64,000 nucleotides of DNA, taken from contig PWJZ01000067.1 in assembly GCA_003559855.1 (NCBI GenBank), forward strand, positions 36-64,035. The letters run 5' to 3'. Each line of letters begins with the position of its first letter. Within the stretch, counting starts at the first letter, position 1. The notes below the pieces were generated by a model. The model had not been told where the DNA came from. It worked only from the letters and a program-made list of their open reading frames with translations, and made no database searches. This DNA comes from Bacteroidales bacterium (GTDB taxonomy: Bacteria > Bacteroidota > Bacteroidia > Bacteroidales > UBA7960). Shown here piece by piece: positions 37,196 to 45,836 of this stretch. Made by a program: the position numbers and the translations under genes.

Positions 37196-38635
37196 ATGGC
37201 ATCGAGGATCATTGTAGTTGCTTTGTATGTGTTGATGATTATAGTTGTTGGATTGATAGGACTGCGCCGCACAAAGTCTTTCAAAGATTTTTTTCTGGGC
37301 GGTGGAAAAGTCGGTGCATGGATGACAGCCTTTTCCTATGGTACGGCATATTTTTCAGCAGTTTTATTTATAGGCTTTGCAGGCAGTATTGGTTGGGAAT
37401 TCGGATTTTCGGGGTTATGGATAGCTCTTTTTAATGCGCTGGTGGGTGTATTCCTGGTTTGGTCTGTTTTTGGCTGGCGAATAAAAAGAGTTACCTCAGA
37501 AATGGGAGTAACTACCATGAGCGAATTTCTTGAAAAACGATATGGCAGCCCTCTGTTCAAGCTCCTGTCGGCCCTGGTTATTTTTATCTTTATGATTCCC
37601 TACTCGGCTGCAGTATTTATGGGTTTGTCATACCTTTTTACCACAACTTTCGGCATACCTTTTCTTTATGCCTTGATTTTTATGGGAGCTTTAACCTCAA
37701 TATATCTTGTTATGGGAGGTTATAAATCGATGGCCATGATTGATATGGTATTTGGTATGATAATGGTGGCCAGCGTTATTATTTTGTTTTTCAGCACTTT
37801 ACGGGAAGCAGGTGGTTTAATGAGCATAGCTGCTGATCTGTCGGCGATAAATCCCGAATTGACAAGTGCTGTGGGTCCTCCCGGGTTTTGGGCTTTGTTT
37901 TCTTTTGTATGTCTTACCAGTGTGGCTCCGATTGCTATGCCACAGCTTGTACAGAAGTTTTATGCCATAAGAGACCGCCGAGCTGTAAGGATCGGAATTA
38001 TTGGTTCTACTTTCTTTGCGATATTGGTATGCGGAGTGGCTTATTTTATAGGTTCTACCACCAGGATTTTCTTTTCGCCCGAGGCTACCCCCGGAGTTTT
38101 TGAAGAAGGCGGTACTCCCATTGTTGACAGGCTGATGCCCGAATTGCTCGTTAACGTTATACCTGAAGCATTGACAGTAGTAATATTGTTACTGATATTA
38201 TCGGCCTCAATGTCAACTCTGGCTGCACTTGTTTTGGTATCCAGCTCATCATTTGCGAAAGATTTTTTTGCAGGTTTTGTGCGAAAAGATGTTTCGGATA
38301 AAACGCTTACCCGGCTGATGCGATTTATGAGCGGATTTTTTGTTTTACTTTCCGTAATACTTGCATTAATGGATATTGATACTATTGTCATTATTCTGGG
38401 AATTTCGTGGGGGGCTATCGGGTCGTTTTTTCTCGGTCCTTTTGTGTGGGGGCTTTTCACCAAATGGTCAACGCGCTTTGGTGCTTTATCGTCAGGCATA
38501 CTGGGGCTTGCAACATGCCTGGTGTTGTATTTCTGTGGTGTTCCTTCACCGCAGGCAGGAACAATCGGTATGTTTGTTTCTTTGATCATAAATCCGGTCT
38601 TTAGCCTTATCAGCAGGAAAACCGGTTTAGCATAA
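37196..38635 (+). CDS. Sodium:solute symporter family (SSF) transporter
   Basis: 479 aa with about 13 TM helices. The N-terminal pattern (KSFKDFFLGGGKVGAWMTAFSYGTAYFSA) is typical of SSF/PutP/PanF-like carriers. Confidence 0.8.
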   Translation: MASRIIVVALYVLMIIVVGLIGLRRTKSFKDFFLGGGKVGAWMTAFSYGTAYFSAVLFIGFAGSIGWEFGFSGLWIALFNALVGVFLVWSVFGWRIKRVTSEMGVTTMSEFLEKRYGSPLFKLLSALVIFIFMIPYSAAVFMGLSYLFTTTFGIPFLYALIFMGALTSIYLVMGGYKSMAMIDMVFGMIMVASVIILFFSTLREAGGLMSIAADLSAINPELTSAVGPPGFWALFSFVCLTSVAPIAMPQLVQKFYAIRDRRAVRIGIIGSTFFAILVCGVAYFIGSTTRIFFSPEATPGVFEEGGTPIVDRLMPELLVNVIPEALTVVILLLILSASMSTLAALVLVSSSSFAKDFFAGFVRKDVSDKTLTRLMRFMSGFFVLLSVILALMDIDTIVIILGISWGAIGSFFLGPFVWGLFTKWSTRFGALSSGILGLATCLVLYFCGVPSPQAGTIGMFVSLIINPVFSLISRKTGLA

Positions 38636-38700
38636 GAGTGGCGGGAGAATACCTTTATAGCATCAAAAGATAATTTGACGATGTGTTAATGTAATAATTG

Positions 38701-38798
38701 CGGTTAACGAATAGCGGGTGCCAGGTTAATAAATCCTGTAAGCCGCAAATATATAAATTGACGGTTACCAGTGGGGGTACCCGCTATTCTTTAACCGT
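38701..38798. repeat. 22-nt inverted repeat (2 mismatches) with 54-nt spacer
   Basis: cggttaacgaatagcgggtgcc (38701-38722) pairs with ggtacccgctattctttaaccg (38777-38798). It is intergenic, between the SSF transporter and the porin-like gene. Confidence 0.7.
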
Positions 38799-38855
38799 TA
38801 CATAAAAGTATTATTAAAGTATCAATATCTGTTATCAAACTCAAAACATACGGAC

Positions 38856-40091
38856 ATGAAAAAAACATTCTTATCACTGGTTTTCATTGTTTTTTATGCA
38901 GTCTCTTTTTACGGGGAAGATAATAATGAAAATGAGGAAGAGAAGAACTGGGGCATTAGCTTCAGCGGTTTCATAAAAAGTGATTATTGGTATGATAGTC
39001 GTCAGGTAGTGGCATCACGCGAGGATTTGTTCTTGTTTTATCCTGCAGATAGATATTACGACAATCAGGGTATAGATATAAATGCTTCGCCGGCATTCAA
39101 TTACAGTGCAATTACGACTCGTTTATTGGGCAGGATAAAAGGTCCTGAGGCTTTTGGCGCCAGGACTTCGGGCCTGATAGAGGCTGATTTTTCGGGTGTT
39201 ACGGAAGCCGACATCAACGGTTTCAGGCTCAGGCATGCTTTCGGCAAATTGCGATGGGACAGGTCGGAGTTGATGTTCGGGCAATTCTGGCATCCCATGT
39301 TTGTGGTTGAGGTATTCCCTGAAGTCATATCACTCAACACGGGAGCGCCTTTTCAGCCTTTTATACGAAATCCGCAGATCAGCTATACTCATTTTTATGA
39401 TAATTACAGGATTAACTTAACCCTGCTTTCACAACGCGATAATTCAAGTGACGGGCCGCTTGGATTTGACAATACATACATGAGAACCACACTGGTGCCC
39501 AATGTTCACCTGCAGCTCCAGTATAATGGAAATAAACATGTGGTGGGCGTTGCAGGCGATTATAAAGTTTTACGACCACGACTGGTCAGCGACAGCCTTA
39601 TAAAAACCAATGAATCAATAGAAACTTATGCTTTTATGGGGTATTGGAGCTATGCTGATAATAATTTTAAATGGCAGTGTAAAAGCATATTTGGTCAGAA
39701 TCTTACCGAACACCTTTTGCTCGGCGGGTATGCCGTAAAAACCATAGACATGGGAAATGGTATTGAAACCTATACACCTACAAATCATCTTTTTGTATGG
39801 GGGAATATTGTTTATGGGAGTAATATCAGGTTTGGATTATTTGGAGGTTTTGCGAAAAATTTCGGAACATCACATCAAAATATGGGTATCTATTTCTCAA
39901 GAGGCGAAAACATAGATTATGTTTATCGTATTTCTCCTTCGGTGTCGTTCATTTCAAACTCGGTGCAGATCTCGACCGAATTGGAATATACGGCTGCAGC
40001 CTATGGAGAACCCGGTGATAAAGGCAGAATCAAAAAAAGCGAAGAACTGACAAACATAAGGGGACTTCTTACACTATTCTACTTTTTTTAA
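38856..40091 (+). CDS. Outer-membrane beta-barrel (porin-like) protein
   Basis: Signal peptide, alternating amphipathic beta-strand-like sequence throughout, and C-terminal ...LLTLFYFF (the aromatic terminal residue typical of OMPs). Confidence 0.55.
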   Translation: MKKTFLSLVFIVFYAVSFYGEDNNENEEEKNWGISFSGFIKSDYWYDSRQVVASREDLFLFYPADRYYDNQGIDINASPAFNYSAITTRLLGRIKGPEAFGARTSGLIEADFSGVTEADINGFRLRHAFGKLRWDRSELMFGQFWHPMFVVEVFPEVISLNTGAPFQPFIRNPQISYTHFYDNYRINLTLLSQRDNSSDGPLGFDNTYMRTTLVPNVHLQLQYNGNKHVVGVAGDYKVLRPRLVSDSLIKTNESIETYAFMGYWSYADNNFKWQCKSIFGQNLTEHLLLGGYAVKTIDMGNGIETYTPTNHLFVWGNIVYGSNIRFGLFGGFAKNFGTSHQNMGIYFSRGENIDYVYRISPSVSFISNSVQISTELEYTAAAYGEPGDKGRIKKSEELTNIRGLLTLFYFF

Positions 40092-40394
40092 AAATATGGA
40101 TAAGGTGTAATTGGTGTTAACTCTTATTTTGATAAAGAGCCAGTTTAAAGATAAAAAAATACGAATTGGCATAAACGTTTGTTAAATCTATAAATATTGT
40201 TCGCAGACGTACAAAACATGAACACAATCGGACACTTTGCGGTGTTGTTGTCGTTGTACTTTCTTAATATTCTTAAATGATTGATGTTTAATTGTCTGAC
40301 AAGCTTTAAGTTAATTAAAACGGTATATTTATTGGAGTTTTGTAATTTGAATTACCGTGTAATTTAAATATTTGTTGTTTTTGAATTAACAATA

Positions 40395-40402
40395 TACATT
40401 TG
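40395..40402 (+). promoter_or_regulatory. Candidate -7 box TACATTTG
   Basis: Matches TAnnTTTG. It lies 20 nt upstream of the 38-codon lipoprotein-like mini-ORF and 176 nt upstream of the TBDR ATG. Confidence 0.35.
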
Positions 40403-40421
40403 TTTTTTTCGTATTCTGGTT

Positions 40422-40538
40422 ATGATATTTAGTGTATTTTTGTTGTTTTTGATATTAGCATTTTCTGTTGGATGCGGAAAAGAAATTTTATCATTTATCC
40501 GGAATCGTAATCCGTATTTATTTGTTTGTCAAATTTAA
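40422..40538 (+). CDS. Possible 38-aa mini-lipoprotein ORF (not in the ORF track because it is under 60 aa)
   Basis: ATG...TAA encodes MIFSVFLLFLILAFSVGCGKEILSFIRNRNPYLFVCQI. Hydrophobic h-region plus lipobox SVGC. It lies between a candidate promoter and the TBDR gene. Confidence 0.25.
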   Translation: MIFSVFLLFLILAFSVGCGKEILSFIRNRNPYLFVCQI

Positions 40539-40577
40539 AGTGATTTCATAATTGCTTCATAAGAATTACATTGTTTT

Positions 40578-43280
40578 ATGGAAAGATTTACGTTATTTTC
40601 AGTTTCGGTTATTTTTATATTTTTTTCATTTTTTCAGAAAGGTTATTCTTCAGGGTCCTTTAAGAATATCAATGAAGATTTTACGATAGATCAACTTATA
40701 GAAATTGTTGAGGAGAAACATTCGGTAACTGTTTTTTACCAGCCTCAGTGGTTTGAGGAGGTGTTATTCAGTTCTGCGATAGCTGAATTATCGCTTCATT
40801 CAATAACAGAGGAAGTTACATCAAAAGTTGGGTTGGAGGTTATATTTATTGATGATGTAATTGTTTTTGTTCCTACGGAAAGGGTTTTGGAAGAGAGGCT
40901 TGCCTATGAGGATGATTATATTATCATAGGCGATCCTAATCAGTTTGGCAGATATTCTCGTGCCACAATAACGGGCAGTGTATTGGACGGTGCTACGGAT
41001 GAGCCGTTAATTGGTGCGGTGATTTATGATCCGGAGAGTCAGACGGGTGTTACTACTGATGTTGACGGCAATTTTTCATTAGAGCTTCCAGTCGGGCAAT
41101 ACAGTTTAAGAATATCCTATACCGGTTATGAGGAAATTTACCAGGATATACAGCTTATCAGCGACGGGAGAGTTACTTTCGATCTGTTCAGTGAAATAAC
41201 CGAGTTGGATGAGGTTACAATTGTTGCAATGCGTGCCGAGGACAATATTATGCGTACGCAGATGAGCCTGGTGTCTATGGATTCAAAGGTTTTGAGTGAA
41301 TTACCTTCGACTTTCGGCGAGCAGGATATTGTCAGAAGTATGACCCTTTTACCGGGGGTTCAGTCTGTCGGTGAATTTGGAACCGGCTTTAATGTCAGGG
41401 GTGGTGGTGCTGATCAGAACCTGATCCTGGTTGAAAACGTGCCGCTGTTCAACTCATCTCATTTGTTTGGATTTATATCTGTTATCAATCCTGAAATGGT
41501 TTCAAATGTTACGCTGATGAAAGCAGGTATTCCTGCAAAATACGGTGAAAGGGCTTCATCAGTTATGGATATCCGTCTTAACAGCAGGCTGGATAAAGAG
41601 AAACCTTCTATACGTGGGGGAATAGGCCTGATAAACAGCAGGTTGTTGTTTGAAACCCCAATTGTTCAGGACAGGGCATCCTTTTCTTTCGGTGCAAGAT
41701 CTACTTACTCTGATTGGTTGTTGAGAGAAATGCCCGATGAAGACCTTATGAACAGCACGGCAAGATTTCATGACTTTACGGCAATGTCGAATATTATGAT
41801 CAATCTGGACAATTATTTGACAATATTCGGCTATTATAGCTTTGATAAATTTGGTTTTCGTGAGGAAAATATCTTTGAGTACAGCAATGCACTGGCTTCA
41901 CTAAGATGGAACCGTATCATCGGTAAAACGCTCTCAAGCACAATGATTTTTGGCTGGAGTAACTATAATTACCAGGTTGCGGAAAAACCTGCCATTAATC
42001 CTCTTGTACATTCAAAGATGAAATCGGAAATAGATTATAAAAGTTTCAGGTATTTTTTCTCATATCAGCCTTTTCATAACCATTCGGTTGAATTTGGTGT
42101 AAATGCCATCAATTATAATATTTCGCCCGGCGACATGTTTCCGTTAGGTGATGAGTCGGCAATTGATCGTAAAACTATGGATGATGAGCAGGCTCTTGAA
42201 CTTTCGGCATTTGTCAGTGATGATATTTTAATAGGCGACAGGATGTCTCTGGAGCTTGGTTTGCGTTTTACTCAGTATCTTCAGCTAGGTCCGGCAACCG
42301 TTAATATATATGAACCGGACCTGCCAATGAGCGAGGAAAACTTAATAGAACAACGTTCTTACGACAGCAATCAGATAGTTTCAAAATACAACGGCCTGGA
42401 GCCTCGCTTTGGATTTCGCTATAAAACAGGTGAGTCAAGCTCGGTTAAATTAAGTTATAATCGCATCAATCAGTATATAAATCTTATTTCCAATACATCG
42501 GTTATGTCGCCTGCCGATCTGTGGAAACTAAGCGACCAGCATATCAAACCTTTAATAAGTGATCAGTATGCGATAGGATATTTTCAGAATTTCAGAAATA
42601 ATACTATAGAAACATCGCTTGAGGTATATTACCGCGATTTTAAAAACTCTATTGAGTATAAAAGCGGGGCTGAAATAGTGATGAATGATTTTCTCGAAGC
42701 CGATGTTATTAATGCAAAAGGATATGGCTATGGTCTGGAGCTTTTCATAAGGAAGAATGTAGGGCGTTTGACAGGCTGGACGAGTTATACTTATTCGAGT
42801 TCTATGCGAAGATCGCAGGAGCAGTTTGCTGAAAATAAGATAAACAGGAACAATTATTTCCCCTCGAATTATGATCGCCCGCACAACCTTGTTATAAACC
42901 TTAATTATGATATTTCACGAAGATGGAGGTTCGGCACCGTCTTTACATATAGTACCGGAAGACCGGTTACGCTGCCCGAATTGGTGTATTCGTACGGGAG
43001 CGATTATCTGATATACTATTCCGACAGAAATAAATACCGCTTGCCTGCCTACCACAGGCTTGATATTTCTCTGACACTCGGTGAAAATCTTAGGGTGGAT
43101 CAAACAGGCAAAGGTAGCTGGACATTCTCGCTGATGAATGTTTACGGACGGAAAAATCCCTACTCCGTCTTTTATAAACGCGATCCGCATACAATTGACT
43201 CGCATCGTTCTTTCAACCTTTATCAGTTGTATATAATCGGCAGACCGTTGCCAACTATTACATATAATTATTCATTTTGA
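40578..43280 (+). CDS. TonB-dependent receptor with N-terminal STN-like and carboxypeptidase-regulatory-like (CarboxypepD_reg) domains
   Basis: 900 aa. ITGSVLDGATDEPLIGAVIYD...TDVDGNFSLELPVGQYSLRISYTGYE is the CarboxypepD_reg domain. A plug region follows (LPGVQS...GFNVRGGGADQNLILVENVPL), then a long beta-barrel ending ...ITYNYSF. Confidence 0.85.
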   Translation: MERFTLFSVSVIFIFFSFFQKGYSSGSFKNINEDFTIDQLIEIVEEKHSVTVFYQPQWFEEVLFSSAIAELSLHSITEEVTSKVGLEVIFIDDVIVFVPTERVLEERLAYEDDYIIIGDPNQFGRYSRATITGSVLDGATDEPLIGAVIYDPESQTGVTTDVDGNFSLELPVGQYSLRISYTGYEEIYQDIQLISDGRVTFDLFSEITELDEVTIVAMRAEDNIMRTQMSLVSMDSKVLSELPSTFGEQDIVRSMTLLPGVQSVGEFGTGFNVRGGGADQNLILVENVPLFNSSHLFGFISVINPEMVSNVTLMKAGIPAKYGERASSVMDIRLNSRLDKEKPSIRGGIGLINSRLLFETPIVQDRASFSFGARSTYSDWLLREMPDEDLMNSTARFHDFTAMSNIMINLDNYLTIFGYYSFDKFGFREENIFEYSNALASLRWNRIIGKTLSSTMIFGWSNYNYQVAEKPAINPLVHSKMKSEIDYKSFRYFFSYQPFHNHSVEFGVNAINYNISPGDMFPLGDESAIDRKTMDDEQALELSAFVSDDILIGDRMSLELGLRFTQYLQLGPATVNIYEPDLPMSEENLIEQRSYDSNQIVSKYNGLEPRFGFRYKTGESSSVKLSYNRINQYINLISNTSVMSPADLWKLSDQHIKPLISDQYAIGYFQNFRNNTIETSLEVYYRDFKNSIEYKSGAEIVMNDFLEADVINAKGYGYGLELFIRKNVGRLTGWTSYTYSSSMRRSQEQFAENKINRNNYFPSNYDRPHNLVINLNYDISRRWRFGTVFTYSTGRPVTLPELVYSYGSDYLIYYSDRNKYRLPAYHRLDISLTLGENLRVDQTGKGSWTFSLMNVYGRKNPYSVFYKRDPHTIDSHRSFNLYQLYIIGRPLPTITYNYSF

Positions 43281-43470
43281 TTATTATGGGTTATTGAAAT
43301 AATGAAATGACTTATTTTTTGAGGATATGGTTTAGATATAAAACACCCATTCACTGAGGGTTCAAAAAGAAGATGAATAAAGAATGAGCGTGCATGGGCC
43401 TGGAAATAAAAACCTGAAAATTAATAATATATATTATCAGAGATTATAAGTATAAATACATTTTTTACCG

Positions 43471-44616
43471 ATGAAAAAAAATATAAATATTTTCCTTATT
43501 TGCTCTTCTTTGATGTTTATCTCATCTGGTTGTACCGATATTTATGATCCCGAATTATTAGTAGATAAAAGCTTTTTGGTCGTGGAGGGCTTGATAACCG
43601 ACGAACCCGGTTTTCATAAAATAAAACTTTCAATGACAAATGTCTTTGGTGAAGAATTTAAGCAAAATCATGTCAAAAATGCAGATCTGAGAATTGTTGA
43701 TTCGAATAATAATAACATTAATCTTAAAGAAAAGAGTGATGGTAATTATTATACTCCTGATGATTTTACCGGTAATATAGAAGAAACCTATACACTGCAC
43801 ATTGAAACAGCCGACGGGTTGTTATACAGGTCAACACCCCAGAAAATGCAGCCACCGGTTAAGATAGATGAGGTATATGCCGAATTTGGCACACATTTAT
43901 TTTTCTTCGAATCAAAGGTTACCAATACCTTATATCAAAAAGAAATTGAAGGCGTGAATTTATTTATGGATGTTTCAAGGGATGATGATCAATACCCTAA
44001 ATTCAGGTTTACTTCAATTTTATTGTTGCAATATTTTTTCGAGGATGATGAGCATACATCCATAGGAGAAATTGGTGAAGTAGATCCTGATGAGGAGTAT
44101 TGCTGGATCAAAAGGCCGGTAACTGATTTTTTAGAGACGGATGTAACAAAGGATTCCGGTATTCATGAATCAAAACGCAACCGTATTGCTTTCATACCAA
44201 TAGAAAGCAGAAGTATGAGATATCTTGGATTTCCGTTAGTGGAAAGGACAACACTGGAAGGCGAGACAACTTTTGCCCTGTACACAAAACCAAGAATTCT
44301 TAAATCTGTTTATACACTAGGTGATGAGGCATACAATTTTTATGTTGAACGTAATAAACAGCTGGGAGGTGAAGGAATATTTTTCGACCCCATCTCTCCG
44401 CAGCTGACCGGCAATATTTATAATATCAACGATCCGGATGAAGTTGTGTTGGGGTTTTTTGAAGTATCATCAGTGTCAAAAGCCACCATGCTTGTAGAAA
44501 TATTGGAATTGCCGCATTACCAGTTTAAGCAAATAGTAGTCAAATTTATTGATTGCCTGGAACATGTTTCAAATTTCGATTGTATGGTGGGTGAAGTTCC
44601 GGATTGGTGGTTATAA
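43471..44616 (+). CDS. DUF4249-like lipoprotein (TBDR partner), copy 1
   Basis: Lipoprotein signal (MFISSGC). The architecture and its position directly after a CarboxypepD_reg TBDR are typical of DUF4249. C-terminus C..(H/Y)V....C....VP(D/E)WWL. Confidence 0.7.
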   Translation: MKKNINIFLICSSLMFISSGCTDIYDPELLVDKSFLVVEGLITDEPGFHKIKLSMTNVFGEEFKQNHVKNADLRIVDSNNNNINLKEKSDGNYYTPDDFTGNIEETYTLHIETADGLLYRSTPQKMQPPVKIDEVYAEFGTHLFFFESKVTNTLYQKEIEGVNLFMDVSRDDDQYPKFRFTSILLLQYFFEDDEHTSIGEIGEVDPDEEYCWIKRPVTDFLETDVTKDSGIHESKRNRIAFIPIESRSMRYLGFPLVERTTLEGETTFALYTKPRILKSVYTLGDEAYNFYVERNKQLGGEGIFFDPISPQLTGNIYNINDPDEVVLGFFEVSSVSKATMLVEILELPHYQFKQIVVKFIDCLEHVSNFDCMVGEVPDWWL

Positions 44617-44717
44617 AAAAATGACCGGTGAATATATTTGAATGTTAGTATTGTAAGTATATATATTATTAATCAGTGTTTTTTGATCAAGTCACTAACT
44701 TTAAAAAGATTATTAAA

Positions 44718-45815
44718 ATGAGATACAATGTGTTTGTGGTTTTAGCGATTTCTTTTATATTTTTGAAAGGATGCACGGAGATATATGAACCTGAGATCTC
44801 TGTTGAAAAGGAATATTTGGTTGTGGAAGGCAGATTAACGGATGGGCAAGGCCCTCATTTGGTAAAGCTTTCAAGAACCAATGTGTTTGGCAAAGATAAC
44901 GGTATGAAATATGAAACTAATGCTGTGATACGGATAAAAGACTCGAACAATAATATCGTTCATCTGGAAGAAAAAATAGCAGGTCATTATCATACTCCTG
45001 CCGATTTTTCGGGTAAGATTGGAGAGACTTATACGCTGCACATTGAAAGGGCTGACGGAACGCTATATGAGTCTGAACAGCAAAAAATGGTTGCTCCGGT
45101 TAATGTCGATTCGGTATATGCTGATTTCGGAACGCAGTTGTTTTTTTTTGAATCGCAGGTTGGTGGTGATATATATCAGCGTGAGGTCAAGGGCGTTAAT
45201 CTGTTTTTGGATGTTTCGAGAGATGATGGTAAAGATATTAAGATCAGGTTTACCTCAATATTAATGTTGCAATATTTGATAGATCGTAGTTATGCTACGC
45301 CTGTTTTTGATTATTGCTGGCTCAAGAAACCTGTTACCGATTTTCTTGAAGCTGATATTGCAAAAACTCCCAATATTCCCGGGCCGACACATACCCGTAT
45401 TGCTTTTATTCCTTTGGACAGCTGGAATATGAGATTTATCGGATTTCCGCTGATAGAGGTAGAAATTGATGGACAGACCAGGATAATTTCCTATGCGCAT
45501 CCGAGAATCATAAAATCTATTTATACGCTGAATGACGATGCGTATACTTTTCATTATGAGCGAAACAAACAACTTAGCGATGAGGGAAGCTTTTTTGATC
45601 CCATATCACCTCAACTGGCCAGCAATATAAACAATGTTAACGACCCTGATGATCTTGTGCTGGGATTTTTTGAAGTGTCATCGGTTACTAAAGCTTCATT
45701 ACATATCAGACCAAAAGTTGATAAGAATATAATAAAAATCGACACTCTTGACTGTCTGGAGTACGTACCCACATCGGGTTGTATGTTGAATGAAGTACCG
45801 GAATGGTGGTTGTAA
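44718..45815 (+). CDS. DUF4249-like lipoprotein, copy 2 (tandem paralog)
   Basis: Collinear with copy 1 (e.g. YTLHIE(T/R)ADG.LY.S..QKM, FRFTSIL(L/M)LQY, FFDPISPQL, LGFFEVSSV(S/T)KA). Lipobox FLKGC. Start is at the ATG at 44718 rather than the GTG at 44676. Confidence 0.7.
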   Translation: MRYNVFVVLAISFIFLKGCTEIYEPEISVEKEYLVVEGRLTDGQGPHLVKLSRTNVFGKDNGMKYETNAVIRIKDSNNNIVHLEEKIAGHYHTPADFSGKIGETYTLHIERADGTLYESEQQKMVAPVNVDSVYADFGTQLFFFESQVGGDIYQREVKGVNLFLDVSRDDGKDIKIRFTSILMLQYLIDRSYATPVFDYCWLKKPVTDFLEADIAKTPNIPGPTHTRIAFIPLDSWNMRFIGFPLIEVEIDGQTRIISYAHPRIIKSIYTLNDDAYTFHYERNKQLSDEGSFFDPISPQLASNINNVNDPDDLVLGFFEVSSVTKASLHIRPKVDKNIIKIDTLDCLEYVPTSGCMLNEVPEWWL

Positions 45816-45836
45816 TAACAATAACTTGATTGAATT

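Noticed and set aside
40218-40280. 20-codon hydrophobic mini-ORF (MNTIGHFAVLLSLYFLNILK) in the spacer before the TBDR operon
   Set aside because: It has no promoter-like box or recognisable signal/lipobox, it is very short, and it is indistinguishable from chance in AT-rich DNA.
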